Notes under the pieces: generated by a model
Told to the model about the DNA's origin: nothing
The model's input: only the letters and a program-made list of their open reading frames with translations
The model's database searches: none
Position numbers and translations under genes: made by a program
Shown here: positions 28,870 through 38,353 of the stretch, piece after piece
How the letters are laid out: each line of letters starts with the position of its first letter
Numbering within the stretch: the stretch's first letter is position 1
From: Candidatus Bathyarchaeia archaeon
GTDB taxonomy: Archaea > Thermoproteota > CALKCG01 > B24
Length of the DNA stretch: 64,000 nucleotides
Direction: 5' to 3'
NCBI GenBank assembly: GCA_038870975.1
Contig: JAVZJD010000002.1
Span: forward strand, 5,922 to 69,921

Positions 28870-30234
28870 TTAAACGTTTCCCATGCCTAACATCTTGTAC
28901 TCTTGCACCAGCTTCCTAGCCTTCTCCAGCCACGTTGGGAATTCCTCCGGGTTCTCTGGGAAATTCTGGTAGTGTGTTTTAACTGTTTTCATGAGTTCAG
29001 ATGTTTTTCTAAGCCTTATGACGAAGTTGAGCTTTCCTACTGAGCGTAGAAACCTAAGGGCTTTATCTGTGATTGTGAGTTTAACTTCACCGTATAGGCT
29101 GGCTTTTAAAACGTCTTCTTCAGCTATCAGCCTCCGGCTCATACCGTAGTTCAACTCTTCATCCGAAGCATTCTGGAGGAATACTCTGAAGACGTCTAGA
29201 GATGCCTGTTTAGAGCCGTATCCCCTCATGTATGCTACGTTGTAGCTCCAAAGACCCCTGTAGCTTACATCTCCCTTCTCTAAAGCCTTCGCGGCGGTTT
29301 CACCTGCGAGTTTTCCAGCTGTCATAGATGGTCCTATTCCACCTCCGTGGATCGGGTTTACTTGGCAGGCTGCATCACCTACCACTATTAAGCCGTTTGA
29401 AACCATGTTGTCTAGAGGTCTTCTCGTTGGGACGAAGGCTCCTCTTCCGTCTAAAACCTCAGCCTTTTTAAGCCATGGAAGCTTATCCTCTATGAACCTT
29501 GTGAAGTAGCTTTTAATCTCCATTTTGGCTTTTGAAGCTTGAACACCCAGCCCTATGTTGACCTTGTTTAAACCCTTCGGGAATAGCCAGAAGTATCCCC
29601 CTGGAGCGTACTCTTGGCTTAGGTATATGTAGCCGAACGTTCTATCTTCAATTTCGCCTTCTAAGGTTCTAACCTCTCTGTAGGCTATTTCAAGCTCTTC
29701 TCTTTCCACTGTTTTTTCAAAGCCAGGCGTATCTGGGGCTTTACTCCTGAGGACTGCGGATACACCTGAGGCGTCTATGAAAACCCTCCCCCTTAAAACT
29801 CCGCTTGAATTACGGCCTCTGACTTTAACGGCGACTATGTAGTTGTTTTCAACTACAGGTTCTAAAACGGTGGTTCTATCCATAAGCTCTACGCCTGCGT
29901 TTAAAGCCTCTTTGAGAAGCCTCCCTCCGAATTCGCGTCTATCGACCATGAAGGCTTTAGCCCCTAGACCGTATATTCGGAATGAGGTTTCAAAGTCTGG
30001 TGAAACTACTTTAACGCCTTCAAGCTCCCAGCAGAGTTCGGAGCCTGTGGGGTATTTTAAGCCTATGTTGTCGAAGTGGTGTTTACCGACTGCGTCTCCA
30101 CAGGCTTTAAGTCCTACGTTTTCAGATGGCTTAGACTCTAAGAGGCATACTCTTAAGCCTTTCTCAGCGGCTGTCTTTGCGGCTAGACATCCTCCTGTTC
30201 CAGCACCTACGACTACAACATCGTAGAGCTCCAT
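28870..30234 (-). CDS. geranylgeranyl reductase family flavoprotein (archaeal lipid saturase type)
   Basis: FAD motif [14 protein letters not shown] and a later VGDAA motif, in a 454-aa archaeal GGR-like layout. Confidence 0.75.
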   Translation of the reverse strand: MELYDVVVVGAGTGGCLAAKTAAEKGLRVCLLESKPSENVGLKACGDAVGKHHFDNIGLKYPTGSELCWELEGVKVVSPDFETSFRIYGLGAKAFMVDRREFGGRLLKEALNAGVELMDRTTVLEPVVENNYIVAVKVRGRNSSGVLRGRVFIDASGVSAVLRSKAPDTPGFEKTVEREELEIAYREVRTLEGEIEDRTFGYIYLSQEYAPGGYFWLFPKGLNKVNIGLGVQASKAKMEIKSYFTRFIEDKLPWLKKAEVLDGRGAFVPTRRPLDNMVSNGLIVVGDAACQVNPIHGGGIGPSMTAGKLAGETAAKALEKGDVSYRGLWSYNVAYMRGYGSKQASLDVFRVFLQNASDEELNYGMSRRLIAEEDVLKASLYGEVKLTITDKALRFLRSVGKLNFVIRLRKTSELMKTVKTHYQNFPENPEEFPTWLEKARKLVQEYKMLGMGNV

Positions 30235-30250
30235 GTCTCTATATTATGCC

Positions 30251-30739
30251 TCATCTGGGAGATTTATGTTTTCTCAGTAGTCTACCGTCTTCGTCTATTT
30301 CACCTAGTTTCACTCTTGTGGAGGATATGGGTTTTCCATCTTCGGCTAAAACCATTGGAATCTTCACTATTTCAATGGTTTTCAAGCCCCGTGCTTCTCT
30401 AAGCCTGTTTATTTCCAAGGCTCTACTGTAGGTTTCATCGCTGACTACTATGGCTTCTACAGCCGGGTTGTATGCTGCTGGACCGTAGGGGTCTTCTATG
30501 GCTGTTATAATAGCTCTATCTTCCACTCGCATGTCTTCCAACAGCTTCTTAAGGCTTTCCAGTCTTTCAACGTAGGGTTTGACTTCATGGGCTTTCCCCA
30601 TGCTTCTGGCAAATTTGTCTGTCGTAAGCCCTATGAGGACGTTATCTCCGAGGTTGAAAGCCGTAATTAGAAGCTCTCTATGCCCCTTATGGATGGTGTC
30701 GAATGTACCTCCTAATGCGACGAGTCTGAATCTGCGCAT
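30251..30739 (-). CDS. coaD: archaeal phosphopantetheine adenylyltransferase (cytidylyltransferase fold)
   Basis: GGTFDTIHKGH nucleotidyltransferase motif in a ~160-aa archaeal PPAT-like (COG1019) protein. Confidence 0.65.
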   Translation of the reverse strand: MRRFRLVALGGTFDTIHKGHRELLITAFNLGDNVLIGLTTDKFARSMGKAHEVKPYVERLESLKKLLEDMRVEDRAIITAIEDPYGPAAYNPAVEAIVVSDETYSRALEINRLREARGLKTIEIVKIPMVLAEDGKPISSTRVKLGEIDEDGRLLRKHKSPR

Positions 30740-30772
30740 AGCTTCATGTAGTGTTTAAGAGAGTTTAAATAG

Positions 30773-32023
30773 TTAAGTAGTACTATTCGATGTAGTGGAT
30801 TTTTCCAACCCTCTATGAGCCTGCATCAGTATTGCTAGTGCTACTGCTTGAGTTGAAACGGCGAATATCAGCGTTAAGACTGGTTGTACGTTGAAGTCTA
30901 TCATTAAGCCGTAGATGGCTCCGCTTGCTAGGAAGCCTACGCCGTAGGCTGCGTTGAAGATTCCATATGCCAATCCTCTTGAAGAGGTTTCTGTAAACGC
31001 TGAGACTGCTGCTCTGTATGTGGATTCTTGTACGCCTAAGACTACTCCGAAGAATATCGATGCGATTATTAGGGTTGTTAAGCCTGAGTTTAGCATCGTG
31101 AATACTGGTGGGAGTATTGAGAGTATGAAGGGTAGGGCTAGGATTTTAATGCCCAGTCTATCGTATAGGTATCCTGAGGTTAGGGCTGCTGGAGCGTCAA
31201 TCCCCTGGATTAGAAGGTATATTAGTGGAACTATCCACTGCTGTTGCTCCGGCTGTAGTATGGCTGAGGCTTTGTACAGTATTAGCGATGCGGGGATTAA
31301 ACCTACGGTGTTTAAAGTAACTGCTAGTGTGTAAACGTAGAATGGTTTTCTAAGGGCTTTATCGGCTTTTTTAACGTCTACTGTAGGCTCCAGTACTGTT
31401 TTAGAGCCTATTCTCAAGTATGTGTATGTTAATGCTGCTATGAGTATTGTGAACGGTATTGTCAGTATGCTGAAGCTCAACCTGTAGTTGTTTCCACTGT
31501 AGAGCATTAGCGTTGCCACTAGTAGTGGTCCTGCAACTGCTCCTACTTGGTCTAGGAATTCATGTATTCCGAATGCTTTACCTGCCCCCATTCCTCTACT
31601 CACTATGGATATGATCGTGTCTCTAGAGGGTGATCTACAGGCTTTCCCAAGTCTTTCAAGCAGTACTAGGATTGCCGCTATTTCCCATCCGTTTGCGAGG
31701 CCTAGAAGCGGTATGGAGGCTATAAGCCCATAGCCTATGAACATGAAGACCCAGTATGCTCTAGTGGTGTCCGCTAGGAAGCCGCTGATGAGTCTTGTAG
31801 CGTATCCTAGGAATTCTCCGAGTCCGCTGACGAGTCCTACGACGAATGCTGTAGCGCCTAGAAACTTCAGGAAGTCGGGTATTAGTCCTCTTGAGCCTTC
31901 GTATACTATGTCGCCCATTAGGCTTACTACTCCAAGGAGTAGGATGCTTACGTAGACGCTTCTCAATTCTATGGTGTGTTTCACGTTAGACCGCCAGTTT
32001 AAGCTAAGTATCGCATACTCCAA
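30773..32023 (-). CDS. MFS transporter
   Basis: About 12 predicted TM segments with a hydrophobic MFS-like layout. Confidence 0.65.
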   Translation of the reverse strand: MEYAILSLNWRSNVKHTIELRSVYVSILLLGVVSLMGDIVYEGSRGLIPDFLKFLGATAFVVGLVSGLGEFLGYATRLISGFLADTTRAYWVFMFIGYGLIASIPLLGLANGWEIAAILVLLERLGKACRSPSRDTIISIVSRGMGAGKAFGIHEFLDQVGAVAGPLLVATLMLYSGNNYRLSFSILTIPFTILIAALTYTYLRIGSKTVLEPTVDVKKADKALRKPFYVYTLAVTLNTVGLIPASLILYKASAILQPEQQQWIVPLIYLLIQGIDAPAALTSGYLYDRLGIKILALPFILSILPPVFTMLNSGLTTLIIASIFFGVVLGVQESTYRAAVSAFTETSSRGLAYGIFNAAYGVGFLASGAIYGLMIDFNVQPVLTLIFAVSTQAVALAILMQAHRGLEKSTTSNSTT

Positions 32024-32355
32024 CCATTAAAGTTTACTATTAAAGTTTAAACCTATTCTACGATATTTAGGGTTTGCCCTCTACTCTAATCGGTGGAAAT
32101 ACCTAGTCGACATCGCCTCCTTTATAACTTTAGGGTAAATATATAGGTGTAATTCAAATAGAAGGTGATAGTTCTTGTCCAAGAAAATAATACAACGCAT
32201 GAGAACTTTCTCTTCCATATTCAGGAGATCAACACCAGAAGTAGTGAAAAAACAAGTTAAACTACCCTACACATTCAGACCGATACTACCAGAGTATAAA
32301 ATATATCGAAACATACTGGATTAAAGAACCCCTCTCAAAAATAACCATAGCCTCA

Positions 32356-33858
32356 ATGCCCGAGCTCGGCGGAGCATACGGATACTTCATATCCGAAGTA
32401 GAACTTCTAGAAGAAGAGAGAAAAGTCACCGATAAACTCATAGACATGCTTTCATCAGAGCTAAAACCGCCAACGGTTGAAGAAGTAGACCTTAGAAAGC
32501 ACGTACTAGCCGAAGCCGAAAGAATCATAGGCAAATACCGTTCAATGCTATCAGTAGCTAAAGAAAGCAAAGAAAAAGTACTCTACTACGTCGAAAGAGA
32601 CCTATTAGGCTTCGGACCGATACACGCAATGGTTTTAGACCCTAGGATTGAAGACATATCATGCGAAGGCGTAGGAGGACCCGTATACGTATGGCATAGA
32701 GACTACGAAGGACTCCCCTCAAACCTAGTATTCTTAGACGCTAAATTCCTAGACGACCTAATAGTTAAACTCGCACACATAGGCGGTAAACACGTTTCAA
32801 CGGCATTCCCAATAGTCGACACCATGATATACGGTAAACACAGATTCGTAGCAACCTTCAAACGAGAAGTCACACCTAAAGGCTCTACATTCACGATAAG
32901 AAAATTCAGAGAAAAACCCCTATCGATAACCGAACTCGTAAAATCCCACACCGTAACCGCAAGAATAGCCGCATACTTCTGGCTCCTCCTCGAAAACAGA
33001 ATGTCGATAATCATCATAGGGGGAACAGGAGCAGACAAAACAACACTTCTAAACGGACTAGCAAGCCTAATAAACCCAGCGATGAAAATATGCACAGTAG
33101 AAGAAATAGCAGAGTTAAACCTATCACATGAAAACTGGGTTCAATTCGTAAGCCGTGAAAGCTACGGCATCGGAGGCGCTGCTTCAAGCGCCATACCGCT
33201 ATTCAGCCTTGTAAAGACAACACTCAGATACAGACCAGACTACATAGTCGTCGGTGAAGTAAGAGGAGAGGAAGCCTTCGTACTATTCCAAGCCTTAGCA
33301 ACAGGACACGGCGGAATGTGCACACTACACGCTGAAGACGTAGACTATGCGATTAAAAAGCTTACAAGCCCACCTATGAACGTAGCCGAAGTATACATAC
33401 CTCTTATGAACGTAGTCGTAGAAGTCGAAAGAGTACATCTACCAAAGCCTGTAAGCGGAGCTACATTCGGAAGAAGAGTTAGAGAAGTATCCGAAATCAT
33501 AAGCCACAAGGAGTTTCTAAAAGTCTTCTCATGGAACCCAATAACAGACGAATTCTCATCGAGGCTTGAGGAAAGCATACTACTGAGGAAAATAGCCCTT
33601 AAAACAGGTAAAGACTTCCAAGACCTACTCGACGAAATAGACAAGAGAGAAGTAATAATCAGATGGATGGTTGAAAAGGGAATATTCCAAAACGAAGACG
33701 TAGCCAAAGTAATATCGCAATACTACATATCGCCAGATGCAATCTACAACGTAGCATCCATGGAGCTAGCAGTACCGATAAAAATCAAACTACCTGCACT
33801 CGTGCAAATGGGTGAAAACCCATCAACGGAGAAGGAGGAAAGTCAAACCCCATCATAA
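32356..33858 (+). CDS. FlaI/VirB11/PilB-type secretion ATPase, N-terminally disrupted with an aberrant Walker A
   Basis: Walker B DYIVVGEVRGEEA and His box TGHGGMCTLHA are intact, but Walker A reads GGTGADKTT (Asp where Gly is expected, codon gac 33034-36). Homologous N-terminal coding continues upstream in another frame from the ATG at 32199. Confidence 0.7.
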   Translation: MPELGGAYGYFISEVELLEEERKVTDKLIDMLSSELKPPTVEEVDLRKHVLAEAERIIGKYRSMLSVAKESKEKVLYYVERDLLGFGPIHAMVLDPRIEDISCEGVGGPVYVWHRDYEGLPSNLVFLDAKFLDDLIVKLAHIGGKHVSTAFPIVDTMIYGKHRFVATFKREVTPKGSTFTIRKFREKPLSITELVKSHTVTARIAAYFWLLLENRMSIIIIGGTGADKTTLLNGLASLINPAMKICTVEEIAELNLSHENWVQFVSRESYGIGGAASSAIPLFSLVKTTLRYRPDYIVVGEVRGEEAFVLFQALATGHGGMCTLHAEDVDYAIKKLTSPPMNVAEVYIPLMNVVVEVERVHLPKPVSGATFGRRVREVSEIISHKEFLKVFSWNPITDEFSSRLEESILLRKIALKTGKDFQDLLDEIDKREVIIRWMVEKGIFQNEDVAKVISQYYISPDAIYNVASMELAVPIKIKLPALVQMGENPSTEKEESQTPS

Positions 33859-33918
33859 CCCCCTCTTTTAAGAAAAACTTATCTCAAACAGTTAAACCCA
33901 TTATATCATGATTGGAAA

Positions 33919-34836
33919 TTGTCAAGTACTAAACTGAAGGAAGAATTCCTAAAACTCCTAGAAACAGATAGAGAATTCAGATACCTCGTCATAAGCCATC
34001 TAGGACTAATAGAGCTAATAGAAGGGCAGAGGAAAATACTCGAAGAACTTAAAATCCTACACGAAAACCAGGAGAAACTATGGGAGAATGCAAACAAGCT
34101 ATGGGAAGAAGTTAAAAGCCTCAGAGAGGGGCAAGAGAAACTATGGATGGAGGTTAGACTTCTCAGAGAAGAACAGGAGAAGCTTTGGCAGGAGGTTAAG
34201 AACCTCAGAGAGGGACAGAACAAGCTTTGGGAAGAGGTTAAAAGTTTAAGGAAGGGCCAGGAAAAACTGTGGGAGAATCAGAACAAGCTATGGGAGGAAG
34301 TTAAAAGCCTTAGAGAGGGACAAGCGAAGTTGTGGGAGAATGCAAACAGACTATGGGAGGAAGTAAAACACCTCAGAGAAGGGCAGAACCGGCTATGGGA
34401 AAACCAGAACAGGCTCTGGAAAAGCCAGGAAAGAATGAGAGATGAGTTTAGATCTTGGACTATACAAGGATTCGGTGAACTAGCAAAGTTTGCAGGGGTA
34501 TCATTTAAAGAATTCGTTAGAAGCTTCCTAACTAAACACCTCAGAGAAATGGGCTTAATACCAGCAGATGGAGAATTGAAGAAAATAGTCATAGATGGGG
34601 AAGAGATAAACATCTTCTTTGAAAACCCACTTATAATTGGAGAAGTAACATCTAGCGTTGAAAGTATTGAAGAATTGGAAAAACTATTGAAGAGGGCGGA
34701 GCTTGCAAGGGAAAAGTACGGAAGAGAACCTATGAAATACCTAATCGCATTAACAGCCTCAGCCTCAATAGCCGATGAAATTAAAGTGCGAGCTAAAATA
34801 AACAACGTAGAGCTAATCCTCGGAAAAATAAGTTGA
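33919..34836 (+). CDS. coiled-coil repeat protein with a degenerate PD-(D/E)XK-like C-terminal domain (DUF3782-like)
   Basis: Heptad-based LWE[EN].. repeats (LWENANKLWEEVKSLREGQEK and variants) are followed by a globular domain (VIDGEEINIFFENPLIIGEVTSS). It is a paralogue of 37300-38079. Confidence 0.6.
   Translation: MSSTKLKEEFLKLLETDREFRYLVISHLGLIELIEGQRKILEELKILHENQEKLWENANKLWEEVKSLREGQEKLWMEVRLLREEQEKLWQEVKNLREGQNKLWEEVKSLRKGQEKLWENQNKLWEEVKSLREGQAKLWENANRLWEEVKHLREGQNRLWENQNRLWKSQERMRDEFRSWTIQGFGELAKFAGVSFKEFVRSFLTKHLREMGLIPADGELKKIVIDGEEINIFFENPLIIGEVTSSVESIEELEKLLKRAELAREKYGREPMKYLIALTASASIADEIKVRAKINNVELILGKIS
34078..34428 (+). repeat. in-frame tandem repeats built from 21-bp modules (42- and 63-bp super-units) encoding the LWE heptads
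   Basis: Near-identical DNA units occur at about 34100, 34225, 34288 and 34351, for example ctatgggaagaagttaaaagcctcagagaggggcaagagaaa. Confidence 0.8.
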
Positions 34837-34959
34837 AATACAACACCTTGAAATAGAACAATAAAACATTCAACGTTTTAACCCATTTCTCACAGCGTAT
34901 AGAGAGAAGAGTTAAATACTGCTACATTGTAAAGCGGACTTTAAAGGTGTCTTTCCCCC

Positions 34960-36252
34960 ATGTACGAAGAGATCCTTAAAATAGTTGAACAAATCCCCGT
35001 AGTAGATTCCCATGAACACCTCGCAATCCCAAGTAGCTATACAGCCCCCAGGGAGCCCATAGCCCTCCTACTGAGAGGCTACTTCCCAAGCGACCTACTT
35101 TCAGCAGGTATGTCTCCAAAAGAACTTCAAACCCTTCAAAACGATGAAGTACCCACTGAGGAGAAGTGGCCCATATTCAGAAAATACTGGGTTAAAACTG
35201 AGCATACAGCCTACGCTAGAGAAGTAAAGCATACTCTACGTATCTACGGCGAGGAAACCTTAAACTTGGAAAGCCTAAAAAGGCTCAGCCAGAAGATGAA
35301 TAGACTCACAGGAGACCGAATCGTCGAATTCCTCGACTCTCTAAACATTAAAGCAGCTCTCGTCGATATACTCGGATCATTGGACACATTGAAGCGCTTC
35401 CTCAAAGGCGAGGTCAAGCTACCGGAATGCTACAAGCCTCTAATACCGCTCCCAATATTTCATGAACCTGTAAGGTCTTTCTACAACATACAGAGTATAG
35501 CTGAAGTGGCAGGTAGAACTGTAACATGCTTAGACGAATTCCTAGAGGCCGTTAAAGAGATATTTAAACGTTTGAAAGAATGCGGAGTGGTTGGTGTAAA
35601 AGACCAGAGTGCATACTACAGACGTATAGACTTCAACCTATCGAGAAGGGATGAAGCCGAGCGACTATTCAATAAATGCCTCAGAGACCCGAACAACAGC
35701 CTCGGCTGGCCTGAGGCAAAACCCTTAGACGACTTCCTATTCCACCAGTACATGAGGTATGCTAGAGAATTAAACCTACCAGTTCAAATACACACAGGCC
35801 ATATGGCTGGCATAAGAAACAGAGTAGATAAAGCCAACGCCGTGTACTTCATACGGGTTTTAGAACTACACCAGGATGTCAACTTCGACCTATTCCATGG
35901 AAACTGGCCCTACATGGGAGACCTACTATTCATAGCGAAAAACTATCCGAACGTGTACATAAACCTATGCTGGGTGAACATAATAGACCCAGTATACAGC
36001 GTAGAACTGCTGGAGAGAGCAGTAGTCACAATACCGCATAAGAAGATAAATGGGTTTGGAGGAGACTACTTCGCACCTGAAATACTACCAGCCCATCTAT
36101 CTCAAGCCAGGGAAAACATAGCACGTGCACTATCAAACCTAGTATCGAGAGGATGGATTTCAAAAACAGAGGCCTTAAACCTAGCGGCAGACTGGCTCTA
36201 CAACAACCCCAACGAACTATTCAAACTGGGGTTGAAGCCCTACAGCCCTTAA
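34960..36252 (+). CDS. TIM-barrel metal-dependent hydrolase (amidohydrolase superfamily)
   Basis: VDSHEHL at the N-terminus, VQIHTGH and FGGD later. Substrate is unknown. Confidence 0.55.
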   Translation: MYEEILKIVEQIPVVDSHEHLAIPSSYTAPREPIALLLRGYFPSDLLSAGMSPKELQTLQNDEVPTEEKWPIFRKYWVKTEHTAYAREVKHTLRIYGEETLNLESLKRLSQKMNRLTGDRIVEFLDSLNIKAALVDILGSLDTLKRFLKGEVKLPECYKPLIPLPIFHEPVRSFYNIQSIAEVAGRTVTCLDEFLEAVKEIFKRLKECGVVGVKDQSAYYRRIDFNLSRRDEAERLFNKCLRDPNNSLGWPEAKPLDDFLFHQYMRYARELNLPVQIHTGHMAGIRNRVDKANAVYFIRVLELHQDVNFDLFHGNWPYMGDLLFIAKNYPNVYINLCWVNIIDPVYSVELLERAVVTIPHKKINGFGGDYFAPEILPAHLSQARENIARALSNLVSRGWISKTEALNLAADWLYNNPNELFKLGLKPYSP

Positions 36253-37034
36253 ACCCCTAACGCCTCTCTAACCTCCCTCTTAAAATTCTCCCTATCCATG
36301 AATGAGGCTTTTATCGCCTTTCCATTAACAGCACACTGTGGAACCTGACCACGCTTCTCCACTTCTTCCACCTCCTCAAACATATTTACCATTCTCACTG
36401 GAAGACCCGGCATAACCTCCCCTATCAAGTTTTTAATATGCTCAGCAAAGTACATACAGAATGGGCATGAAGGGTCATAGAAGATCAACCCTCTACCCTT
36501 ATCCTCCGCCTGTGGAGTAAACACAGCCGTTTCAGGCTGGTAAACATACCCCTCCTCCATAGGGTAGTAGAGTAGAAAGGGTTCATCCTCTCTAACCTTT
36601 TTAAACCCCATCCTCAGGTAAAACTCATTCTGCGGATAATACCCGGGGACTTGAAAAGCCCATGTGACAAGAGCAAGTGGGAGCTTATAATCGAAGAATT
36701 CTCTAGGCTTTTTCACGTCTTCAATTAAAGCATTTAACAACGTCTTCCCAATACCCTTCCTCTGGTTCCGTCTATCTGGGACAAATATACAGGTTATCTC
36801 TAGAAGCCTCCTTTTAGGCTTAGGTTGATACTGTATTAAACCCACGGGTGTTGAATCTAAATAAGCCATTTTACCTATGCCTCCAAACACCTCTAACGAC
36901 TTTCTCGCCCAAGCTCTTTTAACATTCGCGCCTTCGATAAAAACTCGTTCGCTTCTCTTCTCAGGTGGAATGCAAAGACTTATTAGAGAATCAATATCTT
37001 CCAGTTCCACATCCTTTATCTTCCAAAACCCCAT
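36249..37034 (-). CDS. GNAT N-acetyltransferase fused to a thioredoxin-like C-terminal domain
   Basis: GNAT motif A context RRNQRKGIGKTLLNALIE, and a C-terminal CPFC (YDPSCPFCMYF) thioredoxin-fold-like segment. Confidence 0.6.
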   Translation of the reverse strand: MGFWKIKDVELEDIDSLISLCIPPEKRSERVFIEGANVKRAWARKSLEVFGGIGKMAYLDSTPVGLIQYQPKPKRRLLEITCIFVPDRRNQRKGIGKTLLNALIEDVKKPREFFDYKLPLALVTWAFQVPGYYPQNEFYLRMGFKKVREDEPFLLYYPMEEGYVYQPETAVFTPQAEDKGRGLIFYDPSCPFCMYFAEHIKNLIGEVMPGLPVRMVNMFEEVEEVEKRGQVPQCAVNGKAIKASFMDRENFKREVREALGV

Positions 37035-37299
37035 TTAAAACCTCAGAACAATATCCTCTAAATGGTATAAAACATTTTGCTAAAAACTTAAAGTAAAATT
37101 GGATTTTAAGAAGGGAAAAGCGTTAAAAATGATTTAAAAATACAGCCGTTAAAGGTAGAAATATAGACGCCTGGTAAGTGCCGATTAATATTCTAATGAA
37201 CCTATTCAAACTTGAGCAAGCATTCCTATAGCCCAAACAGACTTGATCGCTCAACCTTTATATAGCCGTGGGGGGTTTAACTACAGTAGTGTACACTCC

Positions 37300-38079
37300 A
37301 TGGAGCTAAAGCTTCTCAAAGAAAAACTGCTAAACCTTCTAAAAGAAGATGAAGAATTCAGGTATGCTGTAGCAGGGCTCATAGGATTAGAAGAAATACT
37401 AAAGAGACTAGATAGGCATGAAGCTGAGCTTGTCAGACTTAGAGAAGACATGAACAAGGGGTTCGAGAAACATAGCGAAATACTGAGTAGACATGAAGTT
37501 GAATTAATTAAACTAAGGGAAGATATGATGGAAGGCTTCAGAAGACATGATGAAATCTTAAGTAGGCATGAAGCCGAACTGGTTAAACTAAGGGAAGATC
37601 TGTTGGAGGGGTTTAGAAGACACGATGAAATTTTAAGCAGACATCAAGCGGGGCTCGTTAAGCTTAGAGAAGATATGATGGAGGGGTTCAACTTACTGAG
37701 GAGACACCTAGATGCCTTAGGCGCTAGATGGGGAATTTTAACTGAATCGGCATTCAGAAAGGGTCTTAAAGGAATCTTGGAGAGAGAACTAGGCTTAAAA
37801 GTTGAGAAATGGGTTAAATACGATCAGGAGGGTGAAGTCTTCGGATATCCAAGCCCCATAGACGTGGACGTAACCGTGAAAGATGGGAGAGAAATTCTAG
37901 TCGAGGTCAAATCTCACGTAGATAAAGCCGACGTCCGAATATTCGAAAGAAAGGTGAAATTCTACGAGAAAACCGAAGGAAGGAAACCATCAAGGCTGAT
38001 AATAGTGACACCTTACGTAGACGACGATGCTTTAGAGCTGGCGAAACACTTGGGGATAGAAGTATACACGAACATCTAG
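37300..38079 (+). CDS. coiled-coil repeat protein with an intact PD-(D/E)XK nuclease-like C-terminal domain (DUF3782-like)
   Basis: The N-terminus MELKLLKEKLLNLLKEDEEFRY parallels 33919-34836. It has 25-aa repeats (RHEAELVKLREDMMEGFRRHDEILS) and a C-terminal IDVDV...EILVEVKSH (D...ExK). The ORF-track start at 37243 is probably too early. Confidence 0.6.
   Translation: MELKLLKEKLLNLLKEDEEFRYAVAGLIGLEEILKRLDRHEAELVRLREDMNKGFEKHSEILSRHEVELIKLREDMMEGFRRHDEILSRHEAELVKLREDLLEGFRRHDEILSRHQAGLVKLREDMMEGFNLLRRHLDALGARWGILTESAFRKGLKGILERELGLKVEKWVKYDQEGEVFGYPSPIDVDVTVKDGREILVEVKSHVDKADVRIFERKVKFYEKTEGRKPSRLIIVTPYVDDDALELAKHLGIEVYTNI
37414..37692 (+). repeat. about 3.7 tandem copies of a 75-bp in-frame repeat
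   Basis: Successive units begin aggcatgaagctgagctt, agacatgaagttgaatta, aggcatgaagccgaactg and agacatcaagcggggctc. Confidence 0.8.
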
Positions 38080-38353
38080 CAGTTTTAAGCGGTTATAATA
38101 CTGCTCAATTCATGTCATACTTGTGGGATTCCATGAAGTTTTAGAGTCAATTACGTAGTTTAATTCCTAGGATGTTTAAAGCCACCTGTTTTGAAACAAT
38201 TAGTGTCACCATCTCTATCTTCTGAGAAGACATATGTAATTCAACGTCTTTAATCGGCTACGCTTCAGTGGTTTTAGCCTAGCACTTCTAGGTAGTGAAA
38301 CTACAGCTGAAAAGCTTAAATGGTCTTGGGATAAGTTCGTTATGGTGTGTTAG

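Noticed and set aside
33906-34805. Minus-strand ORFs 33906-34223 and 34278-34805, antisense to the coiled-coil repeat gene.
   Set aside because: Their open frames result from the repetitive, stop-poor repeat DNA. The products are Ser/Leu/Phe repeats, while the plus-strand product has a coherent heptad pattern and a paralogue at 37300-38079.
37035-37299. A 265-nt non-coding stretch, plus the ORF-track extension 37243-37299 upstream of the second coiled-coil gene.
   Set aside because: The paralogue alignment (MSSTKLKEEFLKLLETDREFRY versus MELKLLKEKLLNLLKEDEEFRY) supports the ATG at 37300. The upstream TTG-initiated extension has no counterpart, and I saw no structured or repeated element in the gap.
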